Assembly: GCA_028817255.1 (NCBI GenBank)
Contig: JAPPQA010000026.1
Location: 1 to 38,871 of the forward strand
DNA length: 38,871 bases
DNA from: Gammaproteobacteria bacterium
GTDB taxonomy: Bacteria > Pseudomonadota > Gammaproteobacteria > Porifericomitales > Porifericomitaceae
Direction: 5' to 3'
Shown: in pieces, positions 1 through 9,066 of the stretch
Numbering within the stretch: position 1 is the first letter of the stretch
Layout: each line of letters begins with the position of its first letter
Notes under the pieces: generated by a model
What the model was told of the DNA's origin: nothing
The model's database searches: none
Seen by the model: the letters and a program-made list of their open reading frames with translations, nothing else
Position numbers and translations under genes: made by a program

Positions 1-46
1 ATGGCCGCCTGGGCGCCTTCCTTGCATTCCGCTCGTATCTGATCCG

Positions 47-1162
47 ATGGCCGCCGGGCGCGAGCGCTCCGGGCGCCTTTCCCCCTTAAGCTACCGGGAT
101 GCGGGCGTGGACCTCGCCGCGGGCGAGCGGCTGGCGGGTCGCGTCCGCGAGTTGGCCGTTGACACCCCCCGCCGCGGCGTGGTGGCGGGCGTAGGCGGAT
201 TCGGCGCGGTGTTCGATTTGGCGCCGCTGGGGCTGCGCGATCCGCTGCTGGTCTCGGCCACGGACGGGGTCGGCACCAAGCTGCAGCTGGCAGTGCGGGC
301 CGGGGCCCTGGCCGGCGTTGGCATAGACTTGGTCGCCATGTGCGCCAACGACGTGCTGGCGCAGGGCGCCGCGCCGTTGTTCTTTCTGGATTACCTCGCT
401 TGCGGCCGGCTGGACGTGGAGGAGGCGGCGCTGCTGGTGGCGGGCATCGCGAAAGGGTGCCGCATTGCCGGCGCGTCCCTGGTCGGCGGCGAGACCGCGG
501 AGATGCCCGGCGCCTACGTGAAGGAGAAATACGATCTTGCCGGCTTTTGCGTGGGGGCCGTGGAGCGCGAGCGGCTGATTGACGGCGCCTCTATTCGGGA
601 GGGCGACCTGCTCGTCGCGCTGCCCTCCAGCGGCGCCCATGCCAACGGTTACTCGCTGATTCGCAAGATTCTTGATGGAGACGAACAGACGCCTCCGCCG
701 CCCGATACGCCGTTGCCGGAATTACTGGCCCCGACCCGCATCTACGTCCCGGCCGTCGTCGCCCTGTTGCAGGAGGTGCCGGTGCGGGGCATCGCCCACA
801 TCACCGGCGGGGGGCTGCCGGGAAACCTGGTTCGCATCCTGCCCGAAGGGCTGGGCGCCGTGGTGGACGAGGGCAGTTGGCGCTGGCCGGAGCTGTTCGA
901 ATGGTTGCAGGCTCAGGGCAAGATCGCGCGGGAGGAGATGTACCGGGTCTTCAATTGCGGCATCGGCATGGTGCTCTGCGTTGCCCCTGGCGATGAGAAA
1001 CGGGCGCTGGACTGCCTGGCGGCGGCGGGGGAGCCCGGTTGCTGGGTCGCCGGTCGCGTGGAGCGGGTTGCGGCGGGCGCGGATCGGTTTCGTTTTATCC
1101 GGGGGGGGCGGGAGGCCGGCCCGGACGCTGCACCGCGCTCAGAAATCCCCTCAGAATGTTGA
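47..1162 (+). CDS. purM: Phosphoribosylformylglycinamidine cyclo-ligase (AIR synthetase)
   Basis: 371-aa ORF with an ATG start. It carries PurM-type motifs: YRDAGVDLAAGE, SATDGVGTKL, DYLACG, GGETAEMPG, AHITGGG. The last ~25 aa look like a high-GC read-through tail that overlaps the 3' end of trmJ. Confidence 0.9.
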   Translation: MAAGRERSGRLSPLSYRDAGVDLAAGERLAGRVRELAVDTPRRGVVAGVGGFGAVFDLAPLGLRDPLLVSATDGVGTKLQLAVRAGALAGVGIDLVAMCANDVLAQGAAPLFFLDYLACGRLDVEEAALLVAGIAKGCRIAGASLVGGETAEMPGAYVKEKYDLAGFCVGAVERERLIDGASIREGDLLVALPSSGAHANGYSLIRKILDGDEQTPPPPDTPLPELLAPTRIYVPAVVALLQEVPVRGIAHITGGGLPGNLVRILPEGLGAVVDEGSWRWPELFEWLQAQGKIAREEMYRVFNCGIGMVLCVAPGDEKRALDCLAAAGEPGCWVAGRVERVAAGADRFRFIRGGREAGPDAAPRSEIPSEC

Positions 1163-1877
1163 GTTCGTCGCGGTTGGGCAGCGCCCGGTTGAACAGCAGT
1201 CGCAGCCGCCGCATCGGGCTGGCGCGGCGCCTGGAGAGGAAGCCCGTATCCCTCATGCAGCGCTCCAGGTGTTCGTAGAACCGTATCATTTCCTCCGCGC
1301 TCGCCGGCGTCGCCGCAGTCCCGGGAAGGGGCGCCGCCTCCGGGGGCGGCGTCCGCTCGCCGGCCAGCCGCGCGAGCAGCAACTCGTAGCAGATCAGCTG
1401 CGCCGCCGCGGCCACGTTCAGGGAGCGGAAATCCGGGACGGTGGGGATGCATACCAGGCGGTGGCAATATTCCAGGTCCCGGTTGCCAAGCCCGCTCTGT
1501 TCGCCCCCGAAGACGAAGGCGGCCGCCGTGTCGCCATGCCCTGCGTGCCGCAGGGCCATCGCCGCCGCCTCGCGGGGCGTCAGCGTGGGCCAGGCCAGCC
1601 GCCGCCGCCGGGCGGTGGTGCCGAATACCAGCGAGCAGTCGCCGATCGCCTCCGGCAGCGAGCGGCAGACAGCGGCGCGGTCCAGGATGTCGTCCGCCCC
1701 GGCGGCCCGCGCCGTGGCCTCCGCGCAGGGGAAGTTTGCCGGCCGCACCAGGCGCAGCCGTTCCTGTCCCATGGCCTTCATGGCGCGGGCGGCGGCGCCT
1801 ATATTGCCGGGGTGCGTGGTGTCCGCCAGGACGATGCGAATGGCGTCTTGCGGGGCGCCTTGCGGGTTCGGGGGCAT
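1095..1877 (-). CDS. trmJ: SpoU/TrmH-family tRNA (cytidine/uridine-2'-O)-methyltransferase TrmJ
   Basis: 260-aa ORF. IRIVLADTTHPGNIGAAARAMKAMG ... VFGGEQSGL ... SLNVAAAAQLICYEL is colinear with E. coli TrmJ. It lies divergent to suhB, as in E. coli. Confidence 0.85.
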   Translation of the reverse strand: MPPNPQGAPQDAIRIVLADTTHPGNIGAAARAMKAMGQERLRLVRPANFPCAEATARAAGADDILDRAAVCRSLPEAIGDCSLVFGTTARRRRLAWPTLTPREAAAMALRHAGHGDTAAAFVFGGEQSGLGNRDLEYCHRLVCIPTVPDFRSLNVAAAAQLICYELLLARLAGERTPPPEAAPLPGTAATPASAEEMIRFYEHLERCMRDTGFLSRRRASPMRRLRLLFNRALPNRDELNILRGFLSAVQRPGRPPAPPG

Positions 1878-1939
1878 GTGCTGCTGCGAGTCCTCCGCCG
1901 CCTAGGATACCATCCGCCGGGGCGCGGGTAGGGAAGGCC

Positions 1940-2839
1940 ATGCAACCCATGTTGAACATCGCCGTGCAAGCGGCCCGCAACGCCGGCGATTTCCTGGTCC
2001 GGCGCCTGGACCGGGCGGCGCACCTGCATGTGCTGGACAAGGGGCCCAACGACTACGTCAGCGAGGCCGACCGCCGGGCCGAGGCGATCGTCCTCGCCGA
2101 GATTCGCAAGGCGTACCCGGGCCATGCGGTGTTGGCCGAAGAGTCCGGCGCTCAGGCCGGCAACGACTGCCAGTGGATCGTCGATCCCCTGGACGGCACC
2201 ACCAATTTTCTGCACGGCTGCCCGCACTTCGCCGTGTCCGTCGCCGTGCGCCGCGGCACCCGCCTGTTGCATGCCGTGGTTTACGACCCCCTGCGCCAGG
2301 AGATGTACACGGCCAGCCGGGGAGAAGGCGCCTACCTCAACGAGCGGCGCATTCGGGTCAGCGGCCGCGCCGCCAGCGGCCCGAAGGGCCTGAAGCGCGC
2401 CCTGGTGGGCACCGGATTCCCCTTTCGCAACCCGGCCCGCCTGCCGGCCTATCTGGACGCCCTGGAGCGGGTCTGCCGGGCGGTCACGGACGTGCGGCGC
2501 ATGGGTTCGGCCGCCCTGGACCTCGCCGCCGTAGCCTGCGGCCGGCTGGACGGCTTCTGGGAGAGCGATCTGCAGCTCTGGGACATCGCCGCCGGCGTGT
2601 TGCTGGTGGAGGAGGCCGGCGGGTTGGTTACCGATCTGGAGGGCGGCACTGGCCACTTGCGCTGCGGCCAGATCCTGGCCGGCAGTCCCTCCGTCCATGG
2701 CCAATTGCTGCGGCTGTTGGCGCCGTCGGGCGGCCGCCGTCCCGGCCCGCCTCGCCGCCCGGGCGGGGCTGGGGGAAAGGCGCCGCGGCCTGTTAAGAAA
2801 AGGCGCCCCGCCGGTTCCGGCGGGGCGCGCAAGCCTTAG
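1940..2839 (+). CDS. suhB: Inositol monophosphatase family protein SuhB
   Basis: In-frame ATG at 1940 gives MQPMLNIAVQAARNAG..., which is colinear with E. coli SuhB (WIVDPLDGTTNF, HFAVS, GSAALDLA, WD motifs). The ORF-track start at 1736 overlaps trmJ and is rejected. There is an extra basic G/R/P-rich C-terminal tail. Confidence 0.88.
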   Translation: MQPMLNIAVQAARNAGDFLVRRLDRAAHLHVLDKGPNDYVSEADRRAEAIVLAEIRKAYPGHAVLAEESGAQAGNDCQWIVDPLDGTTNFLHGCPHFAVSVAVRRGTRLLHAVVYDPLRQEMYTASRGEGAYLNERRIRVSGRAASGPKGLKRALVGTGFPFRNPARLPAYLDALERVCRAVTDVRRMGSAALDLAAVACGRLDGFWESDLQLWDIAAGVLLVEEAGGLVTDLEGGTGHLRCGQILAGSPSVHGQLLRLLAPSGGRRPGPPRRPGGAGGKAPRPVKKRRPAGSGGARKP

Positions 2840-2861
2840 GTTTCGCCAAAAAGGTTTCGCC

Positions 2862-2895
2862 AAAAAAAAACGCCCCACCGGGAGCCGGCGGGGCG
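2862..2895 (-). terminator. Rho-independent terminator downstream of pilA
   Basis: On the minus strand: CGCCCCGCCGG-CTC-CCGGTGGGGCG (11-bp stem with one G-U pair, 3-nt loop) followed directly by nine T residues. It lies 27 nt after the pilA stop. Confidence 0.65.
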
Positions 2896-2921
2896 CATAT
2901 CCGCTAACGAACGTCGGGTCT

Positions 2922-3410
2922 TTACATGCCCGGCGGGTTGACGGGACCGGGAGACGCGGTACCCCGGCAGTTGGCCGGCAGATACTTCTGGGCCAAGCCG
3001 CCGCTAGGAGCTGAGCAGGTCCACGTGACGCCGCTCGAGCTACCCGTGGCCGCGTACTCTAGCGTCTGGCCCGCAGCGGTATCGCCGCCGATAGCCTGGT
3101 AGGCGATGGACACTGTCGCTGCCGTATTGCTGACTCGATTGTATGTGATGCCCTGTACGATATCCGTAGCGTAGGAGTTAGTGAGCCCCATACCGGCTTC
3201 CTGCTGGTCGGCTGGCATGAAGCCGCTCGAGATATATGCCTCGGCGATGCTGGCCTTGGCCGGCGCGAACAGGTTGATGCCCTCCGTAACCTTGGCCCGT
3301 ATCGAGTTATCAATGAAGGCCGGGATGGCGATGGCGGACAGGATGCCGATGATGACGATCACCACCATCAGCTCGATCAGGGTGAAACCCTGCTGGATTT
3401 GCTTCTTCAT
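2922..3410 (-). CDS. pilA: Type IVa major pilin
   Basis: MKKQIQQG|FTLIELMVVIVIIGILSAIAIPAF is a class III prepilin leader plus conserved N-terminal helix. A C-terminal Cys pair (WTCSAP...PANC) is typical of the pilin disulfide loop. GAGGGA RBS upstream of the ATG at 3410. The track start at 3434 adds 8 aa and is less likely. Confidence 0.88.
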   Translation of the reverse strand: MKKQIQQGFTLIELMVVIVIIGILSAIAIPAFIDNSIRAKVTEGINLFAPAKASIAEAYISSGFMPADQQEAGMGLTNSYATDIVQGITYNRVSNTAATVSIAYQAIGGDTAAGQTLEYAATGSSSGVTWTCSAPSGGLAQKYLPANCRGTASPGPVNPPGM

Positions 3411-3475
3411 CTTGCTTTCCCTCTGTGGAACCATATGGTTTTCGGCGCCTTTGCCGCGCCTTCGCCATTAAAAGT

Positions 3476-3491
3476 AGCAGGAACCGTGCCA
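3476..3491 (-). promoter_or_regulatory. Candidate sigma54 (-24/-12) promoter for pilA
   Basis: The minus strand reads TGGCACGGTTCCTGCT (consensus TGGCAC-N5-TTGCW), with correct GG/GC spacing. It sits about 66 nt upstream of the pilA ATG. The sigma54 activator PilR is encoded immediately upstream. Confidence 0.6.
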
Positions 3492-3652
3492 GGGACGCAA
3501 TTCCCTTTGTGGGAAGGCGCCTCGCACGGGCGCCGCCCGCTTCGGAGGGCGAATATCCAGGGCTTGCCGCGACCCAATGCGTCGAATTGTGACGTGTTGC
3601 GTCGCTATTCTCGGCGGGCGCGGCCTTCCCGCAAGACGGCGCCCGCGCGTCG

Positions 3653-4990
3653 CTATTCCAGGTTCAGCTTCTTCAGGCGGTAGCGCAGGGCGCGCAGGCT
3701 CAGCCCCAGGAGCTTGGCGGCCCGGGTCCGGTTCCAGCGGGTCTGTTGCAGGGCGGCGAGGATCTTCCCCTTGGCGACATCGTCCAGCTGGCGGTCCAGG
3801 CCGGCCCCGGGCGCCGGCGCCTCCTCCGGCGCGGCCTGCGGCGACGCGGCCGGCAGTCGCAGATGCTCGGGGGAGACCGTGCCGGAGTCGCACAGCGTCA
3901 GGGCCCGTTCCAGGATGTTCTCCAGTTCGCGCACGTTGCCGGGATAGTCGTAGCGCCGCAGCCGTTTCAGCGCGGCGGCGCTTAGCCGCGGCGGCGCGCG
4001 GTCGGCGCGGCGGGCCAGCCGTTGCAACACGGCTGCCGCCAGCGGCGGGATGTCTTCGCGGCGCTCGCGCAGGGGGGGCACATGCAGTGCGATCACCTGC
4101 ACCCGGTAGTAGAGGTCGCGGCGGAAGCGTCCGGAGGCCACCAGCGGTTCCAGCGGCTGTTGCGCGGCGCTTAAGATGCGCACGTCCACGGGCCGTTCCC
4201 GTTCCGCGCCCACCGCCCGCACGCTGCGTTCCTGGATGGCGCGCAGCAACTTGACCTGGAAGGAAGCCGGCAGATCGGTGATCTCGTCAAGGAACAGGCT
4301 GCCCCCGTCGGCGGCCTGGAACAGGCCGTCGCGGTGTCCCGTGGCGCCGGTGAAGCTCCCCTTGCGATGCCCGAACAACTCGCTCTCCACCAGTTCGGCC
4401 GGGATCGCGGCGCAGTTGACCGGCACGAAGTGGCCGTTGCGTCGCGGCCCCTGCTCGTGGATGAGGCGCGCGACCAGTTCCTTGCCGGTGCCGGTCTCGC
4501 CGTGGATATAGACCGGCGCCTGGCCGCGCGCCAGGCGGGCGGTCTCCGCCAGGAGATGGCGGATGGCGGGGCTGTTGCCGACCAGCCGGGTGCGAGTTGC
4601 CGCGCTGTCCGCGGGCAGCTGCAGGGCGTTGCGGATCAGGGTGCGCAGTTGCGCCAGGTCAACCGGTTTGCCGATGAAATCGAAGGCGCCGGCCTTCAGC
4701 GCGCGCACGGCGCTTTCCACGTTGCCATGGGCGGTGATGACGATGATCGGGATTCCGGGGTGGCGCTTCTGCGCGAACTTCACCAGTTCGAGGCCGTCGC
4801 CGTCCGGGAGCCGCATGTCCGTGAGGCAGAGCCGGGGGGATTGCTCTTGCAGCGCCCGCTTCGCCCCGGCGATGTCCGGCGCCTCCAGTCCCGCCAGCTC
4901 CATGCGCCGCAACGTGAGCAGCAGCAATTCCCGGATGTCCCGTTCGTCGTCCACGACCAGGACTTGCGGGTTGGCGGCGGCGGGCTTCAT
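3653..4990 (-). CDS. pilR: Sigma54-dependent response regulator PilR (NtrC family)
   Basis: The ATG at 4990 gives MKPAAANPQVLVVDDERDIRELL (receiver domain, DMRLPDGDG). AAA+ sigma54-activator core: GETGTGKE, ESELFGHRKGSFTGA. C-terminal Fis-type HTH (RTRAAKLLGLSLRALRYRLKKL). The 973-aa track ORF is an out-of-frame read-through over pilS. Confidence 0.92.
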   Translation of the reverse strand: MKPAAANPQVLVVDDERDIRELLLLTLRRMELAGLEAPDIAGAKRALQEQSPRLCLTDMRLPDGDGLELVKFAQKRHPGIPIIVITAHGNVESAVRALKAGAFDFIGKPVDLAQLRTLIRNALQLPADSAATRTRLVGNSPAIRHLLAETARLARGQAPVYIHGETGTGKELVARLIHEQGPRRNGHFVPVNCAAIPAELVESELFGHRKGSFTGATGHRDGLFQAADGGSLFLDEITDLPASFQVKLLRAIQERSVRAVGAERERPVDVRILSAAQQPLEPLVASGRFRRDLYYRVQVIALHVPPLRERREDIPPLAAAVLQRLARRADRAPPRLSAAALKRLRRYDYPGNVRELENILERALTLCDSGTVSPEHLRLPAASPQAAPEEAPAPGAGLDRQLDDVAKGKILAALQQTRWNRTRAAKLLGLSLRALRYRLKKLNLE

Positions 4991-6648
4991 ACCGCGATGG
5001 CGCTGTCCGGCGGCTCGAAGCGGACCCGGAAGCAGCAGCCCCCGGTCGAATTGGCATGCAGGCCCAGGGCGGCGCGGTTTGCCTCGCACAGTTGACTGGC
5101 GACATACAGCCCCAGTCCCGAGCCGGCGGCCTCGGTGGTGAAAAAGGGTTCGAACAGCCGCTCGCGGTACTCTTCGCGAATCCCCCGGCCGCTGTCTATG
5201 ACGTCTATGTACGGGGCGCGGCTGTCCGCCTCCGTGCCGCAGACCAGTTCCAGCAGCGGCTGTCGGCGGCTGTAGCGGAGCGCGTTTTCCCCCAGGTTCC
5301 ACAACACCTGGTGGAGTTGGCTGGCGTCCGCGCTGACCGGGCCCGCCCGGCGCTCGATCCGAGTTGAGACATCGTCCGGGCGCAACGATTTCGTCTCCGC
5401 GAATTCCCTGGCGAATGCCGGCAGCCATTGGTCCATATGCAGCTCTTCCCGGTGCGCCGCTTGCCGGCCGAGCGTCATGACATTCTCCACGATGCCGTTC
5501 ATGCGTCGCCCGTTGCGGGCGATGATCTGCACCAGGCGGCGCTCCTCCGCGGAGAGGGCGGCGGACTCGTGCAGCAGTTGGCCGGCATGGCTTATGGCGC
5601 CCAGAGGATTGCGTATCTCGTGGGAGATGCTGGCGGTCAGGCGGGCGAGAGAGGCGTTCTTCAGGGCTGTCGCCCGTTGCTGCACGGCGGCCGAGTCTTC
5701 CAGCACGATGAGCCAGCCCGGCGGCGCCTGGCCGTCTTCTTGCAGCGGGATGCCTTGCGCCTCCAGTTCCCCGAGGCGGGTGCGGAAGGGCGCCCGGCGC
5801 TCGCATTTCTGTGCCAGTATGGCCATGTCTTCGGACAGCTCGCCCAAGGCGCGGCCCTGCGGTTCCCGGGCCGCGTCGCCCAACAGGCGCATCGCCGAGC
5901 GGTTGCCGAATTGCACCCGCAGGCCGCCATCGAGGACCAGGACCCCGGTTTGCAGCATCCGCAGGATGCGCTCGTTCAGCTGGGCGAGGTCTTCCGCCTT
6001 GCGCCGTTCCCGTTCCGCCTGCGCCTCGCTGGTTGCCACCCGCCTGGCGCCGAAGGCGCCGGTGCCGGCGGCGGCGTAGAAGGCAAGGCAGAAGAGCCCC
6101 GTCTGCGGGAAGTTCGCCAGGCTGGGGGAATAGACGAGATAGGCGTACAGCTCCTGGTACAGGACCGCCATGGCGGCCAGGGAGGCGTACAGGAACACCG
6201 CGGGGTTGCCCGCCAGGATGCTGTTGCCGGCAATGCTGACCAGCAGCAACAGCTCGAAGCCGTTGCCCACGCCGCCGCTCGCGTACATCATCAGGGAGAG
6301 GGCGACGATGTCGGCGAGCGTCCCCAGGGTGAGTTGCGTCATGTAGGAGGGCCAGCGCAATTGCGCCAGGATGGCGCCCGGCAGGGAGCACAGGAGATAG
6401 CCGACGACCGTTGCCGGGAACAGGCCCCGGTGGGGCAGGTCGCCGGGGGACGGCAGCCAGTCGGCCAGGATCATGCCGAGGAACAGGAACGCGATCGCGT
6501 TGCGGTACAGGGAGAAGTACAGGAGACCGCGCCAGTTGGCGCGCGGGGGGCGGAGGTCGAAGATCGGCGCCCACCGGAAGGGCGGTCGTTCTTTCCGCTC
6601 AGCCCCGGCAGCGGTTACAGCGGAAATCCTCTCCATTCGTCTGCGCAT
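4987..6648 (-). CDS. pilS: Sensor histidine kinase PilS
   Basis: Multi-TM N-terminus, H-box SISHEIRNPLGAI, and N/G boxes (NLGENALRY, DSGRGI, GSGLGL). ATGA overlap with pilR. The start may instead be the second ATG at 6636. Confidence 0.85.
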   Translation of the reverse strand: MRRRMERISAVTAAGAERKERPPFRWAPIFDLRPPRANWRGLLYFSLYRNAIAFLFLGMILADWLPSPGDLPHRGLFPATVVGYLLCSLPGAILAQLRWPSYMTQLTLGTLADIVALSLMMYASGGVGNGFELLLLVSIAGNSILAGNPAVFLYASLAAMAVLYQELYAYLVYSPSLANFPQTGLFCLAFYAAAGTGAFGARRVATSEAQAERERRKAEDLAQLNERILRMLQTGVLVLDGGLRVQFGNRSAMRLLGDAAREPQGRALGELSEDMAILAQKCERRAPFRTRLGELEAQGIPLQEDGQAPPGWLIVLEDSAAVQQRATALKNASLARLTASISHEIRNPLGAISHAGQLLHESAALSAEERRLVQIIARNGRRMNGIVENVMTLGRQAAHREELHMDQWLPAFAREFAETKSLRPDDVSTRIERRAGPVSADASQLHQVLWNLGENALRYSRRQPLLELVCGTEADSRAPYIDVIDSGRGIREEYRERLFEPFFTTEAAGSGLGLYVASQLCEANRAALGLHANSTGGCCFRVRFEPPDSAIAV

Positions 6649-6832
6649 CCTCCGTTTGCCGGGGGACGAAAGTCCCGCAGCGCGTGCATCGCCTCGTTGC
6701 GCGGGGCCGCGCTCCGCCCCGCCGAAGGCGGTCGCGGGCCGTCTCCAGGCCCCGTAACGCGCGGCGCAGAGCCAGTAGCAGGCACATCGCCAGCCCGGCG
6801 GCGATCAGCGCCAGCAACGCTATGCGTAGCAT
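6599..6832 (-). CDS. Small membrane-anchored Cys-pair (zinc-ribbon-like) protein, PP0621-family-like
   Basis: From the ATG at 6832: MLRIALLALIAAGLAMCLLLAL (TM helix), a basic linker, then CTRCGTFVP ... FRCNRC (two CXXC pairs). This architecture matches my recollection of PP0621-family proteins. The 3' end overlaps the pilS start. Confidence 0.5.
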   Translation of the reverse strand: MLRIALLALIAAGLAMCLLLALRRALRGLETARDRLRRGGARPRATRRCTRCGTFVPRQTEDAQTNGEDFRCNRCRG

Positions 6833-6845
6833 AGGGGCCTTGCCA

Positions 6846-6875
6846 TTGAGCGATTCTCCGTTCGGCTGGTAGAAT
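6846..6875 (+). promoter_or_regulatory. Candidate sigma70 promoter for sucCD
   Basis: TTGAGC-N18-TAGAAT, with a TG two bases upstream of the -10 hexamer (extended -10). It lies about 115 nt upstream of the sucC ATG. Confidence 0.4.
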
Positions 6876-6990
6876 GAGGCGAGGCGCACGCGGTTTCTTT
6901 AGCAAGTATGCCATCGCCCGGCACGAACTTTCACGATATATCATAACACCGCGGGTAACACCGCGGAGAAACGGAGGGACGCGATTTTCC

Positions 6991-8178
6991 ATGCATCTGC
7001 ACGAATACCAGGCCAAGAAATTGCTGCAGGAGTACGGTATCCCGGTGCCGCCGGGCGAGCCCGCCTTTAGCGTGCGGGAGGCGTTGCGTTGCGCCGCCGA
7101 GCTGGGCGAGGGAGGGTGGATCGTCAAGGCGCAGGTGCACTCCGGCGGCCGCGGCAAGGCGGGCGGCGTTCAACGCGCCCGGGATTGGCAGGAGTTGGAG
7201 CGACAGGTGCGCGGCTTGCTGGGGACGCGGCTGATGACCCGGCAGTCGGCTCCGGAGGGCAAGCCGGTGCATTGCGTGCTGGTGCAGGCCGCCGTCGGCA
7301 TCAAGCGCGAGTTATATTTGGCGCTGCTGGTGAACCGCAGCGACTGCCGGGTGGCGATCGTCGCCTCCGCCGCCGGCGGCATGGACATTGAGGAGATCGC
7401 GGAGCGGGAACCCGACAAGATTCACCGGCTGGCGATTGACCCGGTATTTGGTCTCGGCGCCTACCAGTGCCGGCAATTGGGTTTTCTGCTGGGGCTGGAC
7501 GCCGGGCAACGGCGCCGGTTGACGGCGATCCTGCGCGATATGTACCGGTTGTTTGCGGACAAGGACCTGAGCCTGCTGGAGATCAATCCGCTGGTGATCG
7601 ATGACCGCGGGGAACTCCTGGCCTTGGACGCCAAGATCAGCATAGACGACAACGCCCTGTTTCGGCAGGGAATCCTTGCGGAGTGGCGGGACCCGACGCA
7701 GACGGACGAGAAGGAGAGCATGGCCAAGCGCTTCGACCTCAATTATGTTGCCCTGGACGGGAATATCGGTTGCATGGTGAACGGCGCGGGCTTGGCGATG
7801 GCCACCATGGACATCATCCAGTTGCATGGCGGCAGGCCGGCGAATTTCCTCGACGTGGGCGGCGGCGCCACTACGGAGCGGGTGTCGGAGGCATTCAAGA
7901 TCATTGTCAGCGACCCCCAGGTGCAGGCGATCCTGGTCAATATTTTCGGCGGCATCGTCCGTTGCGATCTGATTGCGGAGGGAGTGATTCAGGCGGTGCG
8001 CGAGGTGGGGGTGCGGGTGCCCGTGGTCGCCAGGCTTGAGGGGACGCAGGTGCGCAAGGGGCGGCAGCTCCTGACCGACAGCGGGCTGGCGATTACCCCC
8101 GCGGAGGACCTGGCGGATGCCGCGGTCAAGGCGGTGGCGGCTGCCGGAGAAGATACGGATGCCGATCCTGGTAGATAA
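6991..8178 (+). CDS. sucC: Succinyl-CoA synthetase beta subunit
   Basis: [20 protein letters not shown] start at 6991, preceded by a GGAGGG RBS. ATP-grasp and ligase-CoA domains ([26 protein letters not shown]). Confidence 0.95.
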   Translation: MHLHEYQAKKLLQEYGIPVPPGEPAFSVREALRCAAELGEGGWIVKAQVHSGGRGKAGGVQRARDWQELERQVRGLLGTRLMTRQSAPEGKPVHCVLVQAAVGIKRELYLALLVNRSDCRVAIVASAAGGMDIEEIAEREPDKIHRLAIDPVFGLGAYQCRQLGFLLGLDAGQRRRLTAILRDMYRLFADKDLSLLEINPLVIDDRGELLALDAKISIDDNALFRQGILAEWRDPTQTDEKESMAKRFDLNYVALDGNIGCMVNGAGLAMATMDIIQLHGGRPANFLDVGGGATTERVSEAFKIIVSDPQVQAILVNIFGGIVRCDLIAEGVIQAVREVGVRVPVVARLEGTQVRKGRQLLTDSGLAITPAEDLADAAVKAVAAAGEDTDADPGR

Positions 8179-9031
8179 GCACACGCGGCTTTTGTGCCAG
8201 GGCTTTACCGGCCGCCAGGGCAGTTTCCATTGCCGGCAGGCCATGGAATACGGTACGCGCCTGGTGGGCGGGGTGACTCCGGGGCGCGGCGGCGAGAGCC
8301 ACCTGGACCTGCCTGTTTTCAACACGGTCGCCGAGGCCGTGCGCGAGACCGGCGCCGATGCCAGCATGATCTTCGTCCCGGCAGCCTTCGCCGCCGATGC
8401 CATCATGGAGGCGGCGGATGCGGGGATCGGCATGATCGCCTGCATTACCGAGGGGATCCCGGTGCTGGATATGGTGCGGGTGCGCGCGGCGCTGACACCT
8501 TGTTCCGCGGTCCGCTTGATCGGGCCGAACTGCCCGGGAGTGATTACCCCCGGGCAATGCAAGATGGGAATCATGCCCGGGGGCATTCACCGGCCCGGAT
8601 GCGTAGGCATCGTTTCCCGCTCCGGCACCCTGACCTACGAGGCGGTGCATCAGACCAGCGGCAACGGGCTGGGCCAGAGCACCTGTGTGGGGATCGGCGG
8701 GGACCCGATCCACGGGATGGGTTTCGTGGATTGCCTGCGGCTGTTCGAGGAGGACGAGCAGACCCGGGGAGTTATCCTGGTCGGGGAGATCGGCGGTACG
8801 GCCGAGGAAGAGGCCGCCGAGTTCATCGCGGCGGAGATCAGCAAGCCGGTAGCGGCTTATATCGCCGGCGTCACCGCGCCGCCGGGTCGGCGCATGGGCC
8901 ATGCCGGCGCCATCGTTTCGGGAGGGACGGGCGCCGCGGAGCAGAAATACCGCGCCCTGGAGAAGGCGGGCGTCGCCACGGTTCGTTCCCCGGCCGAGTT
9001 GGGCGATGCCATGGCGAAGTTGCTGCAATAG
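8159..9031 (+). CDS. sucD: Succinyl-CoA synthetase alpha subunit
   Basis: [24 protein letters not shown] start at 8159. SRSGTLTYE and the phosphohistidine loop [10 protein letters not shown] are present. Overlaps the sucC 3' end by 20 nt. Confidence 0.95.
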   Translation: MPILVDKHTRLLCQGFTGRQGSFHCRQAMEYGTRLVGGVTPGRGGESHLDLPVFNTVAEAVRETGADASMIFVPAAFAADAIMEAADAGIGMIACITEGIPVLDMVRVRAALTPCSAVRLIGPNCPGVITPGQCKMGIMPGGIHRPGCVGIVSRSGTLTYEAVHQTSGNGLGQSTCVGIGGDPIHGMGFVDCLRLFEEDEQTRGVILVGEIGGTAEEEAAEFIAAEISKPVAAYIAGVTAPPGRRMGHAGAIVSGGTGAAEQKYRALEKAGVATVRSPAELGDAMAKLLQ

Positions 9032-9066
9032 CCGCCGCCATCGGCCGCGGTTCCGGGTAGGGTTGC

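Noticed and set aside
1736-1939. Upstream extension of suhB to the track start at 1736
   Set aside because: It would overlap trmJ by about 140 nt. Homology to SuhB begins exactly at the ATG at 1940 (MQPMLNIAV versus E. coli MHPMLNIAV).
2839-2866. Short tandem repeats here and at 11721-11770, 27560-27592 and 38084-38117 as possible CRISPR arrays
   Set aside because: Only two to three copies each, with no unique spacers of CRISPR length between them and no cas genes in the window.
4991-6574. N-terminal 528 aa of the 973-aa track ORF (3653..6574), which would make a giant PilR
   Set aside because: This part is a Pro/Arg/Gly-rich low-complexity translation out of frame with the clearly genuine pilS. 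The receiver domain begins at the ATG at 4990, which forms an ATGA overlap with the pilS stop.
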